A stretch of DNA of 42,151 nt from Pelomyxa schiedti (taxonomy: Eukaryota > Protista > Evosea), in contig JAHLWZ010000650.1 in NCBI GenBank assembly GCA_020536535.1, forward strand, positions 1-42,151, in the 5' to 3' direction. A model generated the notes under the pieces. That model searched no databases. It was not told the DNA's origin and was given only the letters and a program-made list of their open reading frames with translations. Positions 1 through 10,934 of the stretch are shown here, piece after piece (position 1 is the first letter of the stretch; the number at the start of each line of letters is the position of its first letter). Both the position numbers and the translations under genes were made by a program.

Positions 1-40
1 CTATGCCAACTGCCGGTGCCTTGCCTGTTGTTGTTGCCAT
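1..40 (-). CDS. HSP70: 5' fragment of a second HSP70 copy (continues off the window edge)
   Basis: ATG at 40 gives [13 protein letters not shown], identical to the start of the gene at 3893. Confidence 0.8.
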   Translation of the reverse strand, partial: MATTTGKAPAVGI

Positions 41-436
41 TTTCTTGTTGTTATTGCGGTCTTGTCTTTGGTTTGCGCTTTTTGATTTTGTGTGTAGTGC
101 TGAAATTAATTATGTAATCTGGAACTGAGCCTTAAATGTGGACCAAGTTCAATTTTGGCAGGATTTCGCCAAGTTCTTGCTGAAATGCCAAGGAGATTTC
201 CTGAGTTTTCCTTTGGTCTTTCTTCCGTGGTACCCATTCCTAGGAGTCTGTTGGTTGTCTTGCACTTTCAGCGTCATCTTACGGCAACAACGCAATTTCA
301 CTCCCCGAGGAGAAGAATTCCTTCGTTCATCAAATCGAATTTCGATGGGCAAAGTCTGTTCTGCTAACAACGAAATAACCGCCGTCTCGAGACGTGCCAA
401 GCAAGTACCAATAAAAAACCAAGGATCTGGGGGGTA

Positions 437-574
437 ATGGCCGGTAGACTGTGCTGGGCTTGGGTTGGGTTAGTTTCCATTGTGGTGTTTGCAGGTGGTG
501 TTGTGGCCTACAACGACACCGAAGTGGATCTCACAATCAAGAGGGCATTTTCGTGGATCTACGACCATGCGAAT
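437..574 (+). CDS. 5' fragment of a second LanC-like gene copy, cut by the assembly gap
   Basis: MAGRLCWAWVGLVSIVVFAGGVVAYNDTEVDLTIKRAFSWIYDHAN matches 4307-4444 with one F/C difference. Confidence 0.8.
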
Positions 575-674
575 NNNNNNNNNNNNNNNNNNNNNNNNNN
601 NNNNNNNNNNNNNNNNNNNNNNNNNNNNNNNNNNNNNNNNNNNNNNNNNNNNNNNNNNNNNNNNNNNNNNNNNN
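575..674. other. Scaffold gap (100 N, unknown true size)
   Basis: Run of exactly 100 N. Confidence 0.99.
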
Positions 675-688
675 TTCTTGTTGAACTT

Positions 689-1216
689 TCAACAGGGAGG
701 AGGAAGAGGACAAGGAGGAACTTCCGATTTGTGGCGGTGTGGGAAGCAGGGCAGGCTCAATGTAAAATTCTGGTTCACCCCCGCAGTAATAAAGGAGCCA
801 GTGGCTGTTTGTCCTGCAGTGAAATACTCGAGGGGGAGGCTTGCTGCACTCCAGCAAGACCCTTGAATCTCCTGTGCTTTGAACGTCGCGAAGCTTGAAA
901 ATGGAAGGGGAGCCTCGACCCTTCTTCTCGTGAACGACATAGTGATCCTCTCCTGCCAACCAGGACTCTTCAATGAGCTGCAAAACGGGCTTGACTTCCA
1001 ATTCCGAGGATATGACACCTGCATCCTGACAGAGTCTTCAGGGCTCGCTCCTCTGCTCGCTCTTCCTTGACTGGTGCCGGTGCGGAGCACGATGACCAGC
1101 CTCTTCTCGGAGGCCCTTGCCCAAATGAAGACGGAATATAACAACGACGGCGTCAGAACTCGCAGGGCCGATGCACTTCCGCACCTGGGAAGAGTTCCCG
1201 CGAGGAGGCTCAGCAT
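689..1216 (-). CDS. Hypothetical protein (structure uncertain; may splice into the 675-1001 frame and run into the gap)
   Basis: Open frame from ATG 1216 (MLSLLAGTLPRCGSASALRVLTPSLL...). Coding-like composition; no recognisable domain. Confidence 0.45.
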   Translation of the reverse strand: MLSLLAGTLPRCGSASALRVLTPSLLYSVFIWARASEKRLVIVLRTGTSQGRASRGASPEDSVRMQVSYPRNWKSSPFCSSLKSPGWQERITMSFTRRRVEAPLPFSSFATFKAQEIQGSCWSAASLPLEYFTAGQTATGSFITAGVNQNFTLSLPCFPHRHKSEVPPCPLPPPC

Positions 1217-1251
1217 CTGCTCTCTCAATTAAATTCCTTCAATTGGCACTT

Positions 1252-1266
1252 GGAAGTTTCCAGAAG
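1252..1266. promoter_or_regulatory. Perfect three-unit heat-shock element (nGAAnnTTCnnGAAn)
   Basis: gGAAgtTTCcaGAAg, about 40 bp upstream of ATG 1216 on the minus strand. Confidence 0.4.
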
Positions 1267-1746
1267 GAACCTTGGCGGCGGTGTCCCGCCAGAGTCGTCA
1301 CTCCTGGGGAAGTGGAAGTCATTCATCACTTTTTTCTTTCCTGGAAAAAAAAGCCTGGCAGCAGCACGAACTCTGTTCACTTCACACCGAAATATGAAGG
1401 CTCCGTAGTATAATGGTTAGTATGGGAGATTTTGGCTCTCTTGATCTCAGTTCGATTCTGAGCGGGGCCATTAATTTTTTTATTTTCTTCGCCAGAGAGC
1501 CGCACTGCGCGGTGCCACATTAAAAAAAGAAACAGCGTTTGTCCTCTTTCTTTATTATGTGATTTTGACTGGTTTGGGTGGGAACCAGTACCCAAGTGGG
1601 TTGGATGAAGTCACCCTTCACAAAAACTAAAACCAGTGCTCAAAAAACAAAAGAAAAGATGAAGGTTTTTTTTTAAATACAAGGTGACACCCAGACAAAC
1701 AGCTTACACGGCTGATTGTGTGTTGTGGAAAGGAGTTGTGGGGTAC

Positions 1747-3893
1747 TCAGTCGACTTCCTCGATCTTGGGACCACCAGTCTTGGTTGCTCCACTGGATGA
1801 CGACGACGAAGGTGTTGTTCTGGATGGGGTGGGTCCTCCAAAGTTGGGCATCTCTCCTCCTGGGAACCCTTCTGGCATACCGCCTGGCATCCCTCCTGGC
1901 ATGCCGCCTGGCATTCCGCCGGCTCCACTTGACTGGTACAGCTTGACCATGATAGGCTGCACCACGTCCTCCAGCTGTTTCATGCGGGAGTCATACTCTT
2001 CCTTGGTGGCCTGCTGATTGCTGTCTAGCCATTCAATAGCTTCTTTGCAAGCTTCCTCGAGCTGCAGAAAACGTCGTTAGGGTTATTCCAAGTGTAACGA
2101 ATAATAACAAGACATACCTTAGCTTTATCGTCTTCAGGTATCTTGGTGGCAATCTTTTCGTCCTTGATAGAGTTCTTCACTGAGTAGGCGTAGCTCTCCA
2201 AGTGATGCTTAGCATCAATGCGGCCTTTCTGTTCCTCGTCATCGGCCTTGTATTTCTCGGCATCGTGGAGCATGGAGTCGATTTGCTCTTTTGACAGTCG
2301 GCCTTTATCATTTGTGATAGTGATGTTGTTCTTCCGTCCAGTGGTTTTGTCTTCAGCTGTTACATTGAGAATTCCATTCGCGTCCACATCGAAGGTTACT
2401 TCAATCTGTGGCACTCCCCTTGGTGCCGGTGGAATTCCAGAGAGCTCGAACTTGCCCAGAAGGTTGCAATGCCTTGTCATTGCACGCTCACCTTCATAAA
2501 CTTGGATCAGCACACCAGGTTGGTTATCAGAATAGGTGGAGAAGGTCTGGGACTTCTTGGTTGGCACAGTGGTATTTCTTGGGATGAGTGATGTCATAAC
2601 ACCGCCAGCAGTCTCTATGCCCAGTGTAAGTGGTGTCACGTCGAGCAACAGAAGATCCTGTACTTTTGCACCGCCCGCGCCTGTGAGAATAGCAGCTTGG
2701 ACTGCAGCACCATATGCAACAGCTTCATCTGGGTTGACTGATTTGTTGAGCTCTTTGCCGTTGAAGAAGTCTTGTAGCAATTGCTGCACTTTCGGAATAC
2801 GAGTTGATCCTCCCACCAAAACAACATCATGGATTGAGCTCTTGTCAAGGCGTGTGTCACGAAGTACTTTCTCAACTGGATCCAGAGTTGATCGGAACAA
2901 GTCGATGTTCAACTCCTCAAATTTAGCCCTTGTGATCGTTGTGTAATAGTCAACTCCCTCAAAGAGCTGGTCAACCTCAATGGACGCCTGGGCTTGCGAA
3001 GAAAGAGTTCTCTTAGCACGCTCGCAGGCAGTTCGCAGCCTCCTCAGAGCTCGAGCGTTGCCACTCATGTCCTTGTTGTATCTCCTCTTGAAGTCCTTGG
3101 CAAAGAAGTCGACCATCCTGTTATCAAAGTCCTCGCCACCGAGATGGGTGTCACCTGATGTTGCCTTCACTTCAAAGACTCCCTCCTCAATGGCCAGCAG
3201 AGACACATCAAACGTGCCGCCGCCCAAGTCGAAAATGAGGATGTTCCTCTCACCACCCTTTTTGTCCAGCCCATACGCAATAGCAGCAGCCGTGGGCTCG
3301 TTGATGATCCTGAGAACGTTGAGCCCAGCAATAGTGCCGGCGTCTTTAGTGGCCTGCCGCTGAGAGTCGTTGAAATATGCAGGGCATCTGTAAAAATTGT
3401 TATTAGCCAAATGTGTCACTGGTAATTACAACAAAAAAGAGACTTACGTTATAACAGCGTCCTTGACCGGCTTGCCCAAGTAGGATTCAGCAATCTCCTT
3501 CATCTTTGTGAGCACCATTGACGAGATTTCCTCGGGGGTGAAAGTCTTCGAGTCGCCGCGATACGCCACCTGGATCATGGGCTTGTCACCCTTGTTGAGC
3601 ACCTTGAACGGCCAGTGCTTCATGTCAGACTGCACAGAGGGGTCGCTGAAACGGCGCCCGATGAGCCGCTTGGCGTCAAACACGGTGTTCTCCACGTTCA
3701 TCGCGACCTGGTTCTTCGCCGCGTCGCCAATGAGCCTCTCTTGGTCGGTGAATGCGACGTACGACGGCGTGACGCGGTTGCCTTGGTCATTCGCAATGAT
3801 CTCAACTCGGTCGTTCTGCCACACTCCGACGCATGAATAAGTAGTGCCAAGATCTATGCCAACTGCCGGTGCCTTGCCTGTTGTTGTTGCCAT
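1747..3893 (-). CDS. HSP70: Cytosolic heat shock protein 70; exons 3893-3448, 3387-2118, 2061-1747
   Basis: Motifs [37 protein letters not shown] repeats and C-terminal [12 protein letters not shown] introns at 3388-3447 and 2062-2117 restore the frame. Confidence 0.98.
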
Positions 3894-4306
3894 TTTCTTG
3901 TTGTTATTGCGGTCTTGTCTTTGGTTTGCGCTTTTTGATTTTGTGTGTAGTGCTGAAATTAATTATGTAATCTGCTGGTCTGGAACTGAGCCTTAAATGT
4001 GGACCAAGTTCAATTTTGGCAGGATTTCGCCAAGTTCTTGCTGAAATGCCAAGGAGATTTCCTTAGTTTTCCTTTGGTCTTTCTTCCGTGGCTCTGTGGT
4101 ACCCATTCCTAGGAGTCTGTTGGTTGTCTTGCACTTTCAGCGTCATCTTACGGCAACAACGCAATTTCACTCCCCGAGGAGCAGGATTCCTTCGTTCATC
4201 AAATGGAATTTCGATGGGCAAAGTCTGTTCTGCTAACAACGAAATAACCGCCGTCTCTAGACGTGCCAAGCAAGTACCAATAAAAAACCAAGGATCTGGG
4301 GGGGTA
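3894..4306. promoter_or_regulatory. 413-bp bidirectional promoter between HSP70 and the LanC-like gene, with a degenerate HSE-like array at 4054-4071
   Basis: Head-to-head ATGs at 3893 (-) and 4307 (+). GAGatTTCctTAGttTTC here; GAGatTTCctGAGttTTC in the duplicate at 193-210. Confidence 0.6.
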
Positions 4307-5727
4307 ATGGCCGGTAGACTGTTCTGGGCTTGGGTTGGGTTAGTTTCCATTGTGGTGTTTGCAGGTGGTGTTGTGGCCTACAACGACACCGAAGTGGATC
4401 TCACAATCAAGAGGGCATTTTCGTGGATCTACGACCATGCGAATTCCGATGGCTCATTCCCTTCTTATCTAACGGGCCAGGTGCGTCCTTATGTTTCTTT
4501 TTTTTTTCCTTATGCTGAGTGATTTTTCTGCCACAGGATTCTTATGATGTGTATTCGGGTTCTGCTGGCGTTGCCATTTTTTGTCTGGAATACTCTAAAT
4601 ATGACTTGGAATCGGCTAGCAAAGCGCTTAACCTGGCTGAGAGGGTTGGTGGATTGTTGGTTAACGTATATGACAGCATTTCGTCGGGACTGGACCCTTA
4701 CTTCTTCCACTGGGGCAAAACTGGCCTCGCTTTCACCCTGCATCACTTGTTCTTCGAGTTCCCAGACCGCACCGACTTCCATTCCAAGGCGAAGCAGATT
4801 GATCAAGAGGTCCTTCAATACTTTGTGACCAACCTCGTAACACAAAATGGAGTAAGGCGCGGGGCTGCTGGAGTGGGCTTTTATTACATGTGGCTCATAG
4901 AAAACGAAGTATACTCAGATGATATAGACATGGAATCTCAAGTGCGAGCTTCACTTAATATAGTGGCACAGGGTATCTTAAGCAACGGAGTCAAAGTTGG
5001 TGATGATAAAATGAGGTGGCCTTTCTCAGGAAACACTGGCTATGAGTACCCCAACTATAGCTATGGGACTTCCGGGATCATACACTTTTTCTCAAAGCTG
5101 TACACGTTTTCATGCAACACGACGTGGCTCGATGTAGTGTATGATGGCGCGAGATATCTGCTCTCTATTGCTGATACTACCGATGGGTGCCTTATCCAGT
5201 ACTCTATCCCCTCTGATCCAATAGTCAAGTGGTACTTTGGTGAGTGCAATGGAAATAGTGGGCTAATTAAAAGCATGTCCCACGTATGGAAAGTATCAAA
5301 CGATTCTCAGTGGCTAGACTTGGCTGTATCCTCTGCTCAGTCTCTCTTGACTTGGACAATCCCGGAGTTCAATTTCTGGGAACCACAAAAGTCCAGCCAA
5401 GATTACTTCTGGGACAACTTGTCCGTCTGCGACGGCAACATGGCAGCCATTGAAGCACTACAAATTCTGGCTCAGTATAACCCCGAAAATGCCGTGACCT
5501 GGAAGCAAGCGGTGACGGATTACGTCGACAATGCCATGTCCCGGAAGACTGATACAGGCACTTGGGCCTACTGGAGCGAAGCCGAATGGCGCAATGACCC
5601 TAACACCAAAACAACACAGGTTGGAATGTACATTGGGGCAGCCGGAATCGCTCACACCATGATGTTCCTGTCACACCCAGAAATGAGAATTGCACTCCCA
5701 GACTACACATACCCCCCTTTTGAGTAA
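4307..5727 (+). CDS. Lanthionine synthetase C-like (LanC-like) alpha/alpha-barrel protein with N-terminal signal peptide; exons 4307-4480, 4537-5727
   Basis: Seven GxxG-type loops: YSGSAG, HWGKTG, RRGAAG, SYGTSG, ECNGNSG, VCDGNMA, YIGAAG. Hydrophobic N-terminus. One GT-AG intron at 4481-4536. Confidence 0.85.
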
Positions 5728-5807
5728 AAATAAGGTTCACCCAACACACCCGAACGAACACAACAAAAGCAAACAACCTAACACTAGTATTTTATTTTCT
5801 TGCTATG

Positions 5808-8800
5808 TTAACTCTTCTTAGCACCGACTTGAGTCAGTCTCTTGAGCATTCTGTCCATCTGTTCGTTCTTTGTTGTAGCAGCACCAAGCTCCTCCTCCAG
5901 CTTGTCTCTTTGTGCTGTGAGTGCTGCTACTGTTTGCTGTGCCTCTGCCAGTTGGTCAGAGTGTTCCTTGATCGTCTGTGCACCAAGGCTCTCAATTTGC
6001 TCGCTCAGAGCACGCCATTGGTCTCTGTCTTCCATAAGAAGGACGTGGTCCTGTTTTGTGTTGTGTTGTTAGCAGAGTGATCAAGCCATGTGAATCAACA
6101 TACAGCTTTCAATGCCTCCAGTTGCTGCTTGAATTGCTCAGCCTCAGTGGAACCACTTGAGGTGTCGCCGGAGGAAGCGGCTGTTGTGCAGGCTTTGAGG
6201 GATTCCACTTGTTGAGCCAGCTGTGAGGCGTGCTGCTCGTGGGTGTTGGCCACTTTCTCCATCTCCGCGAGCTTCTTGGTTACATCGGTGAGCTGGATTT
6301 GGACCTGCTGGAGCTGCTGGAGAGCGGCTTGCTTGGCCTCGAGGGCCGCCACGGCTCTTTTCTCCGAGGCGTCGATCAGCTCGGCGGCTGCTTCCTTGGC
6401 CTCGGCCGCCGCGGCGGCTTTGGCTTCGGCGAGTGCTTGTTCTGACATTGCGGCGGAAGCGGGCGCGAGCTTTTCTCTCAGTTGGGCTTCGAAGTCGGCG
6501 GCATCGACGATGACTCCGTTGGCGAACTTGGTCTCCCATTCAGTAAGTTCGCTTTGCACGGATTCTTTTCCGTCACTTAGATCTTTGAGTTCCTGCGAGC
6601 CGAAGGGAAAAGAAGCGCGTCAAATTTGGGGCACGCGAAGAAGGCAAGCTTACGGCTTCAAGTTGCTGCATTTTTTTGGTGAGCTCCGCGGTTTCTTCTG
6701 AAGAACCTTCCTTCTGAAGAGAGTGAGATTTTTGGAAGAGAGGGGTTGTAAACTTGTTTCCCAGCTAGCATTGCTTGTTCAATTTCCTGGATGGGTTAGA
6801 ACAGAGTGAGAACTCTGTGATTCTTACTTTCTGCTTGGATTCGGACAGAAGTAACCTTTCATTCAATAAGCTTACTTCTCGGTCTTTCTCAGAGAGTGTT
6901 TGTTTGAGGTGGGACATAGCTGCTTCTCCCTGTTTCAGGTCATTGTAATTTTGACAAAAATTGACATGTACCTCTGTTATTACACGAGAGAGGATCTGCT
7001 CTTTTTGCACCAGGGATTCTCTCTCCCTTTGCATCTCTTGATGTAAGGTCTCGGCGTGTTGCTTTGTTTCCACCATTTCTTGTTCATGGTGCTGTTCACA
7101 GGCAATCAGTTTTTGACGGAGAGCTTCCATTTCGGCTTTGCATTGCTGTAGCTCTGCAACAACTTGCGAGTTATCAGAAGTACCAGATTCAGCTGGGTGA
7201 GTGTGCTCAAGCTGGCACGTTTTGTGGATCTCTTTTAGTTCCTCCAATTCTCTTTTTATTTGGGGACAGGTGTAATGCGATTCTTTGAGTGTATTTAGTT
7301 CCTGAGTGAGTTGCTGAATTTGATGCTGATATTGTTGTTGTATAGCTTCTTGGTTTGAATCTTGTGTAGGAGTAGATTGCACCAAGGCAGCCTGTTGTTT
7401 AAGAGAAGAATTCTCAGATTTCAACGAACCTAGCAAAGGGTTGGTTGAAAGGTATCAAAAGGGGAGACTTACTGAGTTGAGCTTCAAGGTCATTTAGTTT
7501 TCCCTGATAAATATTAAATTCAGCCAAAAAGAAAGTAATGTGCCTGAAGATCAGATTCGTATGATTGCTTCTGAAGAGAAGTAGCGGCCTTGAGATTGAC
7601 GAGTTGGTCCGTCGATTCCTTAAGCTGCATTTCGAGCTGTGACACCAGAGTTCTTACCAAGAATATGAGGTATTGCACGCCGTTGTTCTATTACACACGT
7701 TTTTGTTTCGATGTCTCTGTGATAGGCTTCCAGTTGCTGGGAAGAGGCTTGCATTTTTTCCTCCATTGAAGAAACTGTTTTATTCAAAACAGCTTGTACT
7801 TTCATCTTTTATATTGTTCTCGTTTGTGTGAAAAAAGGGTATAAGAGCTGCTTACGAGGTCATCTTTGGACACCACTGCTTGCGCTTTTAGAAGAATGAT
7901 CTGATTTTCTTGGTTTTCGATTGTTTGTTTCAGAGCAGTGATTTCAGTTGTCTGTAAACAGTCATAATGGGGTAAAACATTTCAATAGGTTACATCACGT
8001 TTCAGGAGCTCTGCAGAGAGTTAAAAAATGAGTTTTGTAATAAAATCAAGGAAAGGAAAACAAACCCGCTTGAACCGCGGCTGATGCTGTAGTCGGTATT
8101 GAAGGTGTTTCTACAATTGTCTCTGCTGTAACTGTATGTGGTGTTGGGTCAGGTGGTGGTGTTGTAGCTCTTGCAACAATAGTTGGTGGGGAGACAGCTC
8201 TTGCAGTCACAGTTTGTGTGGGCGTGGGGGTGGGTTCAGGGGTTTCTTCAATAGGAGTCTCAGGAGTTGGGGATGTAGAAGTTGAGGTGGTGGTTGATGA
8301 TACTGGTGAACTGGTAGTTGACCCAGAAAAAGGAGAAAGTTCCATTTTTACTGCCAGATTCTTAGTTTGAAAAGGAACCCACGGGGGTGGGCAAGGACCA
8401 CACCTGCAAGAAACATGTATGGTAGTCCATTGTTTGCACTCTTGGGATTCGTCACGCCACCAAGCATATATACTTTTTTTGATGCGTCAGTAAGTGTGTG
8501 ATGCAAGCGTGGTGCTGGAATCTCAGATTGCTTTGGGAGTGAGATGGTAACATCATACCAGGGAAATAGTACCCGTGGAAGAACTACTACACTCCACACA
8601 CGTGTTTGTGGATCAAAGTGAAAAACCTCTTCCAAAAATCCACTTTCAGATTCACCTCCACTTACAAGAATCTTATTAGCAACAACACACGAAGCATGAC
8701 CAAATACTGCTGGCGGTTGAGCTGAGGCCGGAGTTATTAATGACCATTTCAGTGTTGCTGGGGAAAATAAGAAAGCTAACTGAAAGAAGGTTATCAACTT

Positions 8801-9668
8801 GTGTCCAAAGCCCATATATCAGAAAGTTTCCTAGTTCCATCATTACCACCATAAACATACATTTGCTTCCCAATGAGACAAGAAGTATGCCCATATCGTG
8901 CACAAGGCCCTCCAGGAACAGAAAATTGTGTCCATGACCGTTTTCCTTTTTTTTTTTAGGGTACATAAAAAAACCTTGAAGCGCACCTATGCTAAAGGAT
9001 ACAAGTTCTGAAGTGGGACCTTTGGCAGTCAAACCACCAAAAATTAAAACAGAATCTGGAGCAACAAAAGTAGCTGTATGCATTGTAACTGGTTGAGGTG
9101 GAGTTCCTGCGAGATATTACAAACACAAATACACAGAAGACATGCAACCAGAAACGCGTGGTCTACTCCATGCTAGAGTTTCTACATTGAATAAAGCCAA
9201 GTCATTCATTGGCTCATCACCATTTGGGCTTTCAGCACCTCCAAATACCATCATAATACCCTTCTGCAACAGAGTGGTGGTGTGACCACACCGAGGCTTG
9301 GGTATGACACCAGTGCATGATGGAACGTTCCATCCTCCAAGTCCCTCTGACAAATGTATGGTGATGCAGGGAGCATTGAGTTTTTCTTTCTATAAACCTG
9401 TATTAAGGGTGTGCATGTCATTTGTAGTCTTGCCAGAGTCATTGCATCCAGCAAACACAAAGATTTTTGTGCCCTATTTGGTTTTTTTTTTTTGTTTTTT
9501 TAAAACCCACACAATACAACAAAGGGAGAGAACAATAAATCTACATTGAGGAAAAAAAAAAGAAGTGCCAAAAAAAAAAAAAAAAAAAAAAAATACCACT
9601 ACGGAGGCAGTGTGTAGGCAACGAGGAAATGGCCCCTGGCCGACCAACTTGAGGCTCTCCCAACTCAT
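5808..9668 (-). CDS. Kelch-repeat beta-propeller protein with S/T/P-rich linker and long C-terminal coiled coil (multi-exon)
   Basis: Kelch motifs PRCLHTASVV, PRCGHTTT..MVFGG, MHTATFV..IFGG, FGHASCVV..VSGG, PRLHHTLT..MLGG at 8340-9668. TP-rich linker at 8070-8345. E/Q/K/L-rich heptads to the stop at 5808. Confidence 0.85.
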
Positions 9669-9875
9669 TTTATCTCAAACAACAACGGACTCAAAATGGG
9701 GTTGTGCACCTCCCGACGGGACTGTTCTTCCCGGTATTTATTTTGTTTTTGTTGTTCCTTTGTTACCGGAAATCGGGTTGTTTGAGAGGGTGCCTTTTGC
9801 CTCCTTTTTTTAACCCCTTTCAACCTTTTTTTGTTGTTGGGTGTTGAGTTTTGTTCATGAACCTTAAACTTCAAG

Positions 9876-10911
9876 TCAAATCCTCCTTCTTTTGGGCAGG
9901 GTGGTCACGGGGGTAAGTGGAGGAAGGGCGTGAGACTGAGGTTGTGTTGTTTGGGGACTAGCCCTACTGGAGCCAGTCGCGCCACTGCCAGGTGCCCATT
10001 GTGGGACAACCTGTGGAGGTTGCTGCTGCTGTTGTCTTGTTGGGGTGGGTGTTTGTTGTTGTTGCTGGTATTGGTGTTGTTGCTGTTGCTGTTGCTGTTG
10101 TTGATGGTGGTGATGGGAGTGCTGGCTTGATGTTGTGTTGTTGGGAGGGGATGTGGCTCGCACTGGTATGTGGGATTGGGATTGTGATTGGTGCTGGTGT
10201 GATGACTGTGGTGGGGAGGTTGTTGGTGGTGGGGGCGGCGTTGTTGGTTTTGCGCGGTACTTTTCCAGGGCCATTTGGACTGTGGGGTTGGAGAGGTCGA
10301 CGTGTGATTGTTGGGGTTGAGGCTTTGGAAGTAATCTCCTTTGGACTCGGTGATTTGTGTGTTGTGCCGATGAACCAGGTTGTGGTGCTTGCGCCAGCCT
10401 GAATGGTTGTTTTGTTTTGGTTTGGTTGGTAATAGAGGTTATATATAGTGATGTATGGAATAATAGCCACTCGGAATAAACACAGCCACCAAACAAACCC
10501 CCCTTTGTTGTTAGTTCGTTTGCCACAATCAATCCCATAAGCGTACCCAGTGTAAGTGGTAGTATTCACACCGCCAGTGGCGGCAGTGGTGGCCCCGCCG
10601 CCAAAGCTCCCATAAGTGCCACCGCCGCCCCCCGGCGGGCCCCGCCTTTTATGCGGCGGCGGATCAACCGGCAAAACAGTCGCCGCCCTGTAGTCCGGGT
10701 CCGCGTCCGTGTACATCGTGGACGTGTCCACCACGACGGCCGTAGACGTCGGCGTCGATGTCTCGTGGTATGAGTCGCCGTCGAACAGTAACCCGCATTT
10801 GCCCGCTCCCATAGTTGCGTCTTGTGAGTGTTGTTGTTCCTGTTCTGGCGGAGGTTGCTGGTGCTGTTGGTGTTGCTCGAATTCCGTTTCGTCTACATAC
10901 TCGTGTGTCAT
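9876..10911 (-). CDS. Low-complexity Q/P/T-rich disordered protein with C-terminal basic NLS-like motif; exons 10911-10547, 10398-9876
   Basis: Two long ORFs joined in frame by a GT-AG intron at 10399-10546. PolyQ and polyP tracts; ends in PKRRRI. Confidence 0.6.
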
Positions 10912-10934
10912 GGGAGGCCGGGCCTTTTTTGTTT

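Larger units (their letters stand above)
1..574. repeat. Near-identical duplicate of 3854-4444 (HSP70 5' end + bidirectional promoter + start of LanC-like exon 1)
   Basis: 1-574 aligns end to end with 3854-4444. Copy 2 has two 8-bp insertions, one extra G in a G-run and a handful of substitutions. Confidence 0.97.

Noticed and set aside
334-393. Short palindromes (atcgaatttcgat, gtctcgagac) in the duplicated promoter
   Set aside because: Both are broken by substitutions in the second copy and are short enough to arise by chance.
2218-3840. Long plus-strand ORFs opposite HSP70
   Set aside because: Antisense shadow frames, a well-known property of HSP70 coding sequence.
4307-5727. Lanthipeptide biosynthetic gene cluster or bacterial contamination
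   Set aside because: No LanA, LanB, LanM or transporter nearby. The gene has a spliceosomal intron and eukaryotic neighbours.
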